Positions 28,348-37,735 of a DNA stretch of 61,044 bases are shown piece by piece. Position numbers and translations under genes: made by a program. The number at the start of each line of letters is the position of its first letter. Within the stretch, counting starts at the first letter, position 1. Origin of the DNA: a virus (Duplodnaviria; Caudoviricetes); the IMG/VR virus record IMGVR_UViG_3300036770_001422, positions 1-61,044 of that record; one strand, written 5' to 3'. Under the pieces are notes generated by a model, which was not told where the DNA came from, did no database searches, and worked only from the letters and a program-made list of their open reading frames with translations.

Positions 28348-29361
28348 TCACCATTCGGTAGCGTAATTTTTTGTGACAACATTACTTGCACATTTGGTCT
28401 TGCATTCGAAATTCTCTAACATAAATTCACTAGACCAAAAAGGATCATTGATAACTTCTGACAATATATTGTCATGTAAGTTATATTTTTTACCCAAATC
28501 AAACCAAGAATTATTATGAGAATAGCGATTTGCCACCCAACAGCAGGGATAGAACTCGCCCCTACTATTTATATAAAGCCCCTTATTACCGATATAACAA
28601 AGGGGTTTTATACTATTATCCACTTCTTTAACATTATTATAGAAATGAATATTAGTCTTTAACCACGATTCTTTTGGCAATCTACCAGATAAATTCGTGA
28701 TTTCCCGTTCATAGCGATGTGTAGAACTTATCCATTTATCACTAGGTTGTAGTATGTCAGATACTCCATAATTACTGTAAACTTTAGCAAATTTAGTACT
28801 TTTTGTAAGTTGGAAACTATCAAAACCCATACGTTTTGCTATAGATTTCATGTGTTCTAACTTATCTTCATTGAACTTAAATGCTATAGCATCCCAACTT
28901 TTATAACATTTACTGTGTTTAATTACAGTACGTGCGCCAATCATGATGCTATCCCAATTAGAATTTACACGATATTGCTCGTTACTTGCTTGATCCCATC
29001 CATCTAGACTAAAATGTATCTGATCATTTTCGTCTAATTCAATGGCTAAATCAGTCCACCAACCTTGATTCTTATATGATCCGTTAGTTACTATTACTAT
29101 GGAAATAGGTTTAATAGACTTAAGATATCTAATAATTTCTACGAATTCATGCGCATAGATAGGATCTCCGTCATCTCCGCAGAAAGTTATTTTTTCTACA
29201 TTTGATTTAACGAATTCACTAGTAAAGTTCTTTTTGAAAAAGTTTAAATCTAATTCAGTATTGATCAATGAGTCAGGAACTTCAGACCTAGCACACCGTG
29301 GGCATTTCAATGTACATTTACTAGAAACTTCAATGTGCCAATGCCAAAGTGCAAAACTCAT
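28348..29361 (-). CDS. Radical SAM protein with SPASM/twitch-like C-terminal domain
   Basis: CTLKCPRC (CxxxCxxC), TNGS, FSLDG and YRVN motifs; C-terminal C...INSRGEFYPCC...CKTKC. Confidence 0.9.
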   Translation of the reverse strand: MSFALWHWHIEVSSKCTLKCPRCARSEVPDSLINTELDLNFFKKNFTSEFVKSNVEKITFCGDDGDPIYAHEFVEIIRYLKSIKPISIVIVTNGSYKNQGWWTDLAIELDENDQIHFSLDGWDQASNEQYRVNSNWDSIMIGARTVIKHSKCYKSWDAIAFKFNEDKLEHMKSIAKRMGFDSFQLTKSTKFAKVYSNYGVSDILQPSDKWISSTHRYEREITNLSGRLPKESWLKTNIHFYNNVKEVDNSIKPLCYIGNKGLYINSRGEFYPCCWVANRYSHNNSWFDLGKKYNLHDNILSEVINDPFWSSEFMLENFECKTKCASNVVTKNYATEW

Positions 29362-31112
29362 TCTATATCATGTGCTGTATTATAAGTTGTAAAGCCATTT
29401 TCTTTAATGACTTTCAACACGCTAGGTACACGACCTGCTAACTCTTCTCTATGTGAAACAAGCCAAACACTCTTGCTACGTCTGCGTGACATATCTTTGA
29501 GAATAGCCATACTATTTTCAACACCGATTGTATCAAGACCACTATCAATCAATTCGTCAATAAACAATGTATTGATTGGATGATATAAGTTTTCCCATAC
29601 GTCACGGAATGCAAAACTTAAACCAAGTATCAATCTATTGCGTTCTCCTCGACTTAAATTGTCAAAGTCAAGTTCACGACCTAATTCTGTAATTTCAACT
29701 TGTAAATCATTTTTGAATATTACTTGATGTGGTAAACCAATCTTATCTAAGTAATGTGTTAATCTAGCATTTAGATAACTTAAGTTTTGGTCAATAATTT
29801 TCTTACGAACAAAACTATCCTTACTTGTTAACAAGTCAAGTAGGAACTTTTGATGTTCACCAAGTTTAGTTAACTCATTAATCTTATTAAAATCTATTTC
29901 TTGTAATGCTTGACTTTCCATTTCAGTGATTTGTTCACCATATGGATCAGACTCTAATGTTTTTTCTTCTATTTGTTTGACTAAGTTATCAACTTCGCTA
30001 CTATGTTTAACTGCTTCTGCTTCAGTTTTATAATGTGTTACAGGCTGTTCCATAACAGTTATTGGGTTTGCAACCAATTCATCTAACTGAAATTTATAAT
30101 CTGCTAGTAAATTTTTACTTTCGGTTAATAGATTAAATTTGTTTTCTAATACAGTTTGATGTTGCTGATCGTGGAACTCTTGTCCACAAGCATAACACTT
30201 GTGATCTTTTAATGTATCAACTTCAATTACAAGTTTTTGATAGTTTTTATCTTCTTTTGTAATATCTTTACGTAGACTTGCAATCTTTTCATCATATGCA
30301 GTTTTCAATCTATATTGCTCATTGTAGACCTGCAGGTCTTTATGTAGTTGCAATTCTTTAGCAATATCTATTTGACTTAAACGTGTGTATTTGATTGCAA
30401 GATTTTCTAAATCTTCATCATGTTTGGTTTGCCAAAGTTTCTGCCTACGCTTTAAACTTTCTATTTGTTCTTTAACACGTTTATTGGCTTCTTCAATTGC
30501 CTTAACTTTAAACTCTTCCATTTGAATCTGTTCTTTGTTTTCTTTTAACAGATTCTTAATGATATCGGCTTTCTCACTTAACAATGTAATACCAAGCAAC
30601 TGTTCAATGATGTTGCGTTGGTCATTTGTTTTCATGGCTAAGAATGGTTCACTATATGTATTCAATGCAATGATTTGCTTGAACATATCAGGAGTCATGC
30701 CAATAGCACGTTCAATTTGAATTTGGGTTTCTTTGTTTTCACCCTGTGCATCGTCTTGTGTTTCTTGCAAGTTACTATTAACATAGAACTTTAACACATT
30801 TGGTTTACGACCACGTTCAATTTTGTAATCAATACCATTCGCAGAGAACTCTAGTGTAACCATCATACCTTTACCATTGGTACGATTGATTAGATTATCT
30901 TTGCGAATATTATTAATTGGAGTACCAAATAATACGTAACACAATCCCTGTATCAATGTGGTTTTACCAGTGCCATTTCTAGCACCATCACCACCTAAGT
31001 CTAAGTTTTCACCTAGAATCAATGTTAGTTCTTTGCTGTCAAAGTTAACGGCTTGCGTTACTTGACCTATACTCAAAAAGTTACGTAGGGTAATATTTTT
31101 TAATACAATCAT
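29358..31112 (-). CDS. gp46: Recombination ATPase subunit (gp46, SbcC/Rad50-like)
   Basis: RNFLS, Walker A NGTGKTT, zinc hook CYAC, signature LSRGE, Walker B LFIDE and VSH motifs. Confidence 0.93.
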   Translation of the reverse strand: MIVLKNITLRNFLSIGQVTQAVNFDSKELTLILGENLDLGGDGARNGTGKTTLIQGLCYVLFGTPINNIRKDNLINRTNGKGMMVTLEFSANGIDYKIERGRKPNVLKFYVNSNLQETQDDAQGENKETQIQIERAIGMTPDMFKQIIALNTYSEPFLAMKTNDQRNIIEQLLGITLLSEKADIIKNLLKENKEQIQMEEFKVKAIEEANKRVKEQIESLKRRQKLWQTKHDEDLENLAIKYTRLSQIDIAKELQLHKDLQVYNEQYRLKTAYDEKIASLRKDITKEDKNYQKLVIEVDTLKDHKCYACGQEFHDQQHQTVLENKFNLLTESKNLLADYKFQLDELVANPITVMEQPVTHYKTEAEAVKHSSEVDNLVKQIEEKTLESDPYGEQITEMESQALQEIDFNKINELTKLGEHQKFLLDLLTSKDSFVRKKIIDQNLSYLNARLTHYLDKIGLPHQVIFKNDLQVEITELGRELDFDNLSRGERNRLILGLSFAFRDVWENLYHPINTLFIDELIDSGLDTIGVENSMAILKDMSRRRSKSVWLVSHREELAGRVPSVLKVIKENGFTTYNTAHDIE

Positions 31113-32125
31113 AAGTTCCTGTAGATATCTAACAGCAACTTAGGATCATAAAACTGACTCTCAATATTGCTGATTTGATCTATAATTATCTGATCAACTG
31201 ATTCAAATTTCAACTCTCCTGGAGCAAGATCCAATGCCACTTGATCCAGTTTTATGGGTATCAATGCCATTTCACGTAAATTATGCTCAGGAATAAATTT
31301 TTCACGTAAGAAATTGGCTTCTTCATAACTAATATCAATATCCAAATGTACACGAACATGACTACGTGGTAGTAATAGTCCCATTGGATTATCTAAAATT
31401 TCGCTGAGTTTGTAAACTCTAAACAATGGTTGATTTGGCCAACTATGGAACTCAGGGTCTTTGCCCCACTCTAGTACCATCATACCACGTGCATCATCAC
31501 TAGCATCAGCATAGTTGTGTGGGAAGGCATTACCAATGTACCAAATGTTTTTACGTGCCTGTCGCTTATGAAAATGACCACTGAATACTTGTTCGAAATT
31601 AGAAACATGATTGTCATTAATTTCGCCGTGATCGGGCATCTCTACCATTGCGTTCATATAGAAATGAGGTAATTCTAAATGTGCAAAAAGGTATTTGCCA
31701 CTCATCTTCATCAATTTTTTGTAATCGTCTTGGACTAACCAGGGCGCAATGACTACATCACCCTCATTAAACCATTCGTTAACAATTGTTACATTTGGTA
31801 AATGCCTTGCCCACTCAACACTGTGAACATCTCGTTTATCACGATAATATAAATCATGATTGCCGGGAATGAAATATACATGGTCAAACGATTCATTCAA
31901 TCGTTCTAACGCACGTAAGCCAAATTGAAGGGTGTGAATGTTGATGCTCGCTCTATGATGATTGTAATCACCCAAAAACAAACATGTCTCACATCCTTCT
32001 TCTTTTGCCTTTTGAATGAACCACTCAACGAATTCCGTACAATCTAAATTATGTTGTAGACTGTTGCTCTTAAGACCAAAGTGTATATCGGTAAATACTG
32101 CTGCTTTCTTAAATAATTTTGCCAT
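31109..32125 (-). CDS. gp47: Recombination nuclease subunit (gp47, SbcD/Mre11-like)
   Basis: Metallophosphoesterase motifs FTDIHFG, LGD, GNHD and SGHFH. Confidence 0.93.
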   Translation of the reverse strand: MAKLFKKAAVFTDIHFGLKSNSLQHNLDCTEFVEWFIQKAKEEGCETCLFLGDYNHHRASINIHTLQFGLRALERLNESFDHVYFIPGNHDLYYRDKRDVHSVEWARHLPNVTIVNEWFNEGDVVIAPWLVQDDYKKLMKMSGKYLFAHLELPHFYMNAMVEMPDHGEINDNHVSNFEQVFSGHFHKRQARKNIWYIGNAFPHNYADASDDARGMMVLEWGKDPEFHSWPNQPLFRVYKLSEILDNPMGLLLPRSHVRVHLDIDISYEEANFLREKFIPEHNLREMALIPIKLDQVALDLAPGELKFESVDQIIIDQISNIESQFYDPKLLLDIYRNL

Positions 32126-32131
32126 ATGGAC

Positions 32132-32168
32132 AGTCTAAACTATTTTGTTATGTAAATCAATAGTTTAG
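32132..32168 (-). promoter_or_regulatory. Sigma70-like promoter of gp47, overlapped by a 10-bp inverted repeat
   Basis: TTGATT-17 nt-TAGACT, then 6 nt to the ATG. Inverted repeat CTAAACTATT (32135-32144) / AATAGTTTAG (32159-32168). Confidence 0.6.
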
Positions 32169-32174
32169 GTTACC

Positions 32175-33065
32175 TTACTCTTCGTATGCCACTTTCGTGC
32201 CTTGCATCTGTCTTGAGTAACTTGGGTTCAAGCCATTCATTTCTAAGATATCATCACGAATATTTTGATTACGCTTTTCGGTGTTCAATACACGGCAGAA
32301 ACTATTTGTGATAGCCGCAGTATAATATGCGAATGGATTTGCCGATTTCGCTTCATTGAAACGCAATCCAACATAAGTTAGTTGAAGAATGGCACTATTA
32401 CGCATCTCATCATTGTAAGTATAACCACGCCAGTTGAACTTCATTGCGTATTTTTCGCAAAGCATAATGTACATACGGGCTAGTTTGTCTGTAATCTGAC
32501 CATGGTCTTTGCTAAACTCGCCGGTCTTAACTCCGCCCTTCCAATGACTTTTACCTACACAAACTGCGCTACCGGTATTATCTATTTTATAATGTTGGAA
32601 TGGGGGAAAGTTAACCTTGACATGAACCATATCATCTACTTCATCTTTGGTTGATGGATCTTCCAAATCTTCAAAGACGCTATCCTCATCATCCAAAAAC
32701 TCTATAATGTCTTTGGCTGTTTTCTTTTGTACAACCTTGCGGGGTTGTTTTGGGCTAACAGGAATATGATCCCAAGTCATAACACGAAATACTAAATCAC
32801 TAGTTTCGATCTCTTTGGGTTCTATCTTCTTTCCTGTTTCCATCGATAGTCTTGCGGCACGATTTTCTTTTGCTTGCTTAATATTAGCAGTTTTAGTAAT
32901 TTGTGCTAGACTTTTTTCTAAAGAATCTGTAGGAGTATCAATGATCAAATCATATCTATTATATTCTCCTCTAGTAAACGAACAATAACTCGTTTTACTT
33001 TCATGAATTTCTTTTAGAATATCTTTATTATTTAAATAATTTACTGGTTTTTTTGCGGTAGACAT
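32175..33065 (-). CDS. gp55: Late transcription sigma factor (gp55-like)
   Basis: NYLNNKDIL at the N-terminus; NWRGYTYNDEM, F...KSANPFAYYT...NSF.R.LNTEK; adjacent to gp47/gp46. Confidence 0.88.
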   Translation of the reverse strand: MSTAKKPVNYLNNKDILKEIHESKTSYCSFTRGEYNRYDLIIDTPTDSLEKSLAQITKTANIKQAKENRAARLSMETGKKIEPKEIETSDLVFRVMTWDHIPVSPKQPRKVVQKKTAKDIIEFLDDEDSVFEDLEDPSTKDEVDDMVHVKVNFPPFQHYKIDNTGSAVCVGKSHWKGGVKTGEFSKDHGQITDKLARMYIMLCEKYAMKFNWRGYTYNDEMRNSAILQLTYVGLRFNEAKSANPFAYYTAAITNSFCRVLNTEKRNQNIRDDILEMNGLNPSYSRQMQGTKVAYEE

Positions 33066-33091
33066 AAGTTCCTTATAGGTTATTTTTCACT

Positions 33092-33140
33092 ATCATAGCA
33101 AATTTACCCGCAACTATACAAGTTAAACGGGTAAAATTTG
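33092..33140 (-). promoter_or_regulatory. Sigma70-like promoter of gp55 with overlapping inverted repeat
   Basis: TTGTAT-18 nt-TATGAT with extended -10 TG. Inverted repeat CAAATTTACCCG (33099-33110) / CGGGTAAAATTTG (33128-33140). Confidence 0.55.
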
Positions 33141-33154
33141 GGGGTTTTGTGAGC

Positions 33155-33180
33155 GATAAATACAGACAGATATATTTATC
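33155..33180. promoter_or_regulatory. Face-to-face late promoters (GATAAATA on both strands)
   Basis: GATAAATA (33155-33162, +) and TATTTATC (33173-33180, -) lie between gp55 and the baseplate operon. Confidence 0.65.
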
Positions 33181-33206
33181 ATACTAGTGTAAGGGTCTAA
33201 AAAGTA

Positions 33207-34742
33207 ATGGCAACAGTAACCTATAGTGTTGGTAGAGCGCAATTAGTCGCTGAAACTACTGCCTCTGGACAAATTATTATCAAATTAATATTGCCTAGCG
33301 GTCGAGTAATCGCTAACATTGATGGTTGGACCCGTGAAATGTTTAATCAACTTATCACAAGTCCTACTACCGCAGATGATGATGCAAGTGCGTTACAAAG
33401 CGTTTCCTCAAGTTATGCTGAAGTTGTGCCATATTTAAAAGCAGAATTAGCAAAGTTACAGACACAAACTGATAATAATGCAGCCGGAAATCCAATAGAT
33501 CCAAATGCCGCTGACGGGGATAATGAAGATCCGTTTGGGGGTCAATCGACACCTGCGACAGTTACAGATGATGAAGGTAACCCATTAGCAGAGTTTGCTG
33601 ATGATGACGCTATTGAAAATGAAGATCCAGAACCCATAGACGCAGATGAAGATCCAGGCGTTAATACAGCAGACGATGATAATGAAGAAAGTGTTGAAAA
33701 TAGAGACCCATCTAGTGTAGGTGAAGAAGAAGCAAGCCCGTATGGTACAGATTATCAAGCGAAGGGCGAACCTGTATTAAGCGAAGATGGAACTCCCAGT
33801 GGATTCTTAAGAAATCCTGAAACAGGGGATTTATATACCGATGACGGTACACAAGTAGGTGGAACTGAAGAACCAGTATCAAGTTCCGATCCAAGTTCTA
33901 GAGGACTGTTTGGTGCTCAAACTGATGCTAGAACTGAAGCGTCAGTGCAGGATCAATCCAACTTTGCTATGAAGGAAGATTGGCGTGTAAGATTAAGTCT
34001 TGCACCCGGAGCAAACTATCTATATAAGGCTCCAAATGTTCAAGGTATATTAGCACCATTGGCAGCAACAGATGGGGTAATATTCCCATATACGCCAAAC
34101 ATTCAAGTTGGATATAGTGCGGCATATGATGCTACATCACCTACACACAGCAACTATAAAATTTATCAATATACCAATAGCAGTGTTGATAATGTAAGTA
34201 TCACATGTGATTTTACTGCACAAGATACGTTTGAGGCTAACTATCTATTAGCAGTTATTCATTTCTTTAGAACATTAACAAAAATGTTCTATGGGCAAGA
34301 TCAAAATCCAAAGCCAGGCACACCTCCACCGTTAGTGTTCTTATATGGTTTAGGAGCATTTCAATTTAATGCTCATCCACTAGTGGTTACTAATTTTAAT
34401 TATAATTTACCTAATGATGTTGACTATATACGTGCTGCCGTAACAACTACATATGCAGGTGTTAATAAAGCAGTAGAGAATCCAAGCGGTACTAACACAA
34501 ACACTAGTGGAAATAGATTAGGAAGCGGCATATTGCCAGGTGGAATTGTTCCAAAAACAACATTCGATAGTGTGCCTGGCGGCACAGTAGAACCAACTTA
34601 TGTACCAACAAGAATGCAAATACAAATATCAGCACTACCAATCATAACACGTAATCAAATAAGCAATGCTTTTAGTCTTAAGGATTATGCTACTGGTAAA
34701 TTATTACAAGGCACTAAACGTGCCGGCGGAGGAATTTGGTAA
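33207..34742 (+). CDS. Baseplate/tail-tube initiator-like protein (gp48/gp54-type) with acidic N-terminal extension
   Basis: C-terminal half has GVIFPYTP, HSNY, FTAQ and G.PPPLVFLYGLG..F motifs; first gene of the baseplate operon. Confidence 0.55.
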   Translation: MATVTYSVGRAQLVAETTASGQIIIKLILPSGRVIANIDGWTREMFNQLITSPTTADDDASALQSVSSSYAEVVPYLKAELAKLQTQTDNNAAGNPIDPNAADGDNEDPFGGQSTPATVTDDEGNPLAEFADDDAIENEDPEPIDADEDPGVNTADDDNEESVENRDPSSVGEEEASPYGTDYQAKGEPVLSEDGTPSGFLRNPETGDLYTDDGTQVGGTEEPVSSSDPSSRGLFGAQTDARTEASVQDQSNFAMKEDWRVRLSLAPGANYLYKAPNVQGILAPLAATDGVIFPYTPNIQVGYSAAYDATSPTHSNYKIYQYTNSSVDNVSITCDFTAQDTFEANYLLAVIHFFRTLTKMFYGQDQNPKPGTPPPLVFLYGLGAFQFNAHPLVVTNFNYNLPNDVDYIRAAVTTTYAGVNKAVENPSGTNTNTSGNRLGSGILPGGIVPKTTFDSVPGGTVEPTYVPTRMQIQISALPIITRNQISNAFSLKDYATGKLLQGTKRAGGGIW

Positions 34743-35056
34743 TGTCTACTAACAGTATATATCCTGCAACAAGTCCATACAATACTACAGATATTGTAGA
34801 TACAAAATATTTGGACGTAATGAATTATCGTCCTATCCCTAGAAAACCTAGTGATGTATATTACACTATTCCTGCTGTATATGAATATAGACCTGATTTA
34901 CTTGCATATGACTTATATGGTGATCCAAAGTTGTGGTGGGTATTCGCAGAAAGAAATCCAAATAGATTAGGTAAAGATCCATACTTTGACTTTGTGGCTG
35001 GGTTAGGAATCTATATACCTACTCAAGACACACTAAAACAAGTATTGGGCATCTAA
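34742..35056 (+). CDS. gp53: Baseplate wedge protein (gp53-like, LysM-type)
   Basis: RPDLLAYDLYGDPKLWWVFAERN motif; ATG in a TAATG overlap with the upstream stop. Confidence 0.75.
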   Translation: MSTNSIYPATSPYNTTDIVDTKYLDVMNYRPIPRKPSDVYYTIPAVYEYRPDLLAYDLYGDPKLWWVFAERNPNRLGKDPYFDFVAGLGIYIPTQDTLKQVLGI

Positions 35057-37729
35057 ATGGCAACAACAGCCGCAGAAATATTACAGTATGTAAGTCAAGC
35101 CGAAGAACTGATAAATTCTGTATCAGGTCAAATCAATGGCTTTGAGAGCGATTTTCAAGGATTGTTAGCCAATCCTAATCAACCCAATGCACTCAACACA
35201 TTTAATAATTTAGTAACTCAAAGAACAACTGTTGCAGATACATGGAACAATAACACCGTGTATTCGCAAATGATTCAATTATACAATAGTGCCCCACAAA
35301 GTGTAAAAAATGAAGTAGAATCAAGAGTACAGTCTACTAAGTCTGCGGCAGAATCATTAGTTAAAGTAGGTAGAACGCAAAAGTTTGAAACAATACCTAA
35401 GACAAAAGAAGCAATTGAAAACGCTATAAAAAATAACGGGGAACAGGACGACGAAAACGAAGATCCAGGATCAAATGAACCCGGTACAAGTTCAGAAAAC
35501 TTAACCGGAGAAGCAGATGGTGATAATAATGATGGTGCAACTGCTAGCGAAAATAATAGTTCAACAGGACAAACTACTGGATCAGGCGCCGGCGGCAATG
35601 TAGCCAGAGTAAATGGCGCCGCTGCAGCGGATCCTGCATCAAGTCCTGGACGTCGATTAAAAAATCCTTTAGGTTATTTCTCAAGTAGCACATATCAAAT
35701 TACACTTTATATGGTTACACCTGATGCATATGATGCTTTTATTCTGTCTGGAAGAAAAAATATACAAGCATTACAACAAGCAGGTGGTGGCAATCAAGGA
35801 GCAGGAGCATATATTATTGCTCAAAGTGGTGGCATAAACAATACTACAACAACTAGAGCACCTGGATTTAATTTTGATTATTATATTGATAACTTAAAAA
35901 TAGTTACAAGTACAGGTGGAAAAGAAACTGGAACTGCTACCAATGTAACAGATATGAGTTTTACGATTGTAGAACCATATGGATTCTCATTTATTACTAA
36001 GTTGAAGAATGCTAGTAACGCTATACAACAATATAGTAAAAAGTTAGCAGGAGTACAGAATCCTAGCAAGCAATTTTTTATATTGGGTATAAGGTTTTTA
36101 GGTTATGACCAAAATGGTAATCTAATGACCGGTAAAGAACAATTTGATGGTTTGGCACTTGATGAAACTGCAAGTCCTAATGGATTATTTGAAAACTTTT
36201 ACGATATATTATTAACTAGCATTAAGTTTAAGATTGACGGAAGAGCAACCACATATAACATTAAAGCGGCAGCAATTGCCCCAACAGTATCATTTGGTAT
36301 TAAAAGAGGTTTCTTAACATCTAATGCAAAGATTCAAGGTGCAACAGTTGAAGATGCATTAGAAGGTCCCGATGGCTTTATAACTAAATTAAATGCTGAC
36401 CAACAAAACTTAAAAGATGCCGGTAAAATCAAAGAAACAAACAATTATAAAATTACTTGGATTGGTGGAGGAGAAGAAATACGTGAATCATCTATTGTAT
36501 TACCTGAAGATTTAGATAAGTCAAAATGGGCTACAAGTAATGCAAAGAATTCTACTGAATCAACTGATAAAGAAAGTGCAACAGCCACACCAAATAATAC
36601 AGTAAGAAATATTCAATTTAACAGAGATAGTCCCGCATTACAAGTTATATCTCAAATTATAGCGCAAAGTTCATATTTACGTGATGCTATGCAAGTAGTA
36701 TATACATCACAAGTTGAGCCAAATGCTGAAAAGAAAACAGATAATCAAAACGATCCAAACACTAAGAAAAGTGTATCTTGGTATAATTTAAGTGCTGAAG
36801 TTACAAATGCACGTTGGGATACAGTAACAGGTGATTTTGCATATGATATTAATTATTTGATACAACCATACGAAACTCCTGTTATTGATAGTGCATATGC
36901 TAATCCTGGAGTCAAATATTATGGCCCGCATAAACGATATGATTATTGGTATACAGGTAAAAACAGTGAAATCATAAGTTATGAACAAAACTTAGATAAC
37001 ACTTATTTTAATTCTATATTAGATCCTAGTGTAGGTAGCAGTACAGGTGTTGGTAATGCAGGCCCAGTAGATGTAGCCGGAGTACCAAACAGACCTACTA
37101 ATCAAAATAGACAGGGAACATTGGATAAGGGTCGTGAGGCACAAAACAATTATCTAACAAGTTTGTTTGATCCTGGTGCATATGCTATGGCAAAGATTTC
37201 TATATTAGGAGATCCTGATTTTTTAGTACAAGAAAGTGCAAGTAGTATCAATGCAGTTTATAGTAAGTTCTATGGAACAAATGGATTTACAATTAATCCT
37301 AATGGCGGGCAAGTTTTTATTGAAATAGATTTCAAAGAAGCGGTCGATTATGATACCCAAAAAGGTGTGTTAAGTATTAACGATAGTATTTTATTTTGGA
37401 AATACCCTGAAGATATTAGTAAACTGGTTAAAGGTGTAAGTTATATGGTATATAAAGTTACTAGTAGTTTTGCTTCAGGAAAGTTTACGCAGACATTAGA
37501 ATGCACCATAAATACATTTGGTGATCCTGGTAGTAAAACACAAGAATCTGCAAATCGTCAAACAACAGGACAAACTGCAGGATCAGATTCAACTACTAAT
37601 AACACTGGACTTACAAAGGATAATCCACCTGCTGATACTAAGACTACCACAAGCGACCCGCCAACAACTAATGATAATGCACCGGGCACCAATGGTACAG
37701 CGCCAAGTTCTGATGATGACGGGGGTTAA
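35057..37729 (+). CDS. Baseplate hub-like structural protein
   Basis: 890 aa between the gp53-like and gp5-like genes; ILGDPDF and VTSSFASGKFTQTLE resemble the ends of gp27/VgrG-type hub proteins. Confidence 0.5.
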   Translation: MATTAAEILQYVSQAEELINSVSGQINGFESDFQGLLANPNQPNALNTFNNLVTQRTTVADTWNNNTVYSQMIQLYNSAPQSVKNEVESRVQSTKSAAESLVKVGRTQKFETIPKTKEAIENAIKNNGEQDDENEDPGSNEPGTSSENLTGEADGDNNDGATASENNSSTGQTTGSGAGGNVARVNGAAAADPASSPGRRLKNPLGYFSSSTYQITLYMVTPDAYDAFILSGRKNIQALQQAGGGNQGAGAYIIAQSGGINNTTTTRAPGFNFDYYIDNLKIVTSTGGKETGTATNVTDMSFTIVEPYGFSFITKLKNASNAIQQYSKKLAGVQNPSKQFFILGIRFLGYDQNGNLMTGKEQFDGLALDETASPNGLFENFYDILLTSIKFKIDGRATTYNIKAAAIAPTVSFGIKRGFLTSNAKIQGATVEDALEGPDGFITKLNADQQNLKDAGKIKETNNYKITWIGGGEEIRESSIVLPEDLDKSKWATSNAKNSTESTDKESATATPNNTVRNIQFNRDSPALQVISQIIAQSSYLRDAMQVVYTSQVEPNAEKKTDNQNDPNTKKSVSWYNLSAEVTNARWDTVTGDFAYDINYLIQPYETPVIDSAYANPGVKYYGPHKRYDYWYTGKNSEIISYEQNLDNTYFNSILDPSVGSSTGVGNAGPVDVAGVPNRPTNQNRQGTLDKGREAQNNYLTSLFDPGAYAMAKISILGDPDFLVQESASSINAVYSKFYGTNGFTINPNGGQVFIEIDFKEAVDYDTQKGVLSINDSILFWKYPEDISKLVKGVSYMVYKVTSSFASGKFTQTLECTINTFGDPGSKTQESANRQTTGQTAGSDSTTNNTGLTKDNPPADTKTTTSDPPTTNDNAPGTNGTAPSSDDDGG

Positions 37730-37735
37730 TGAATA

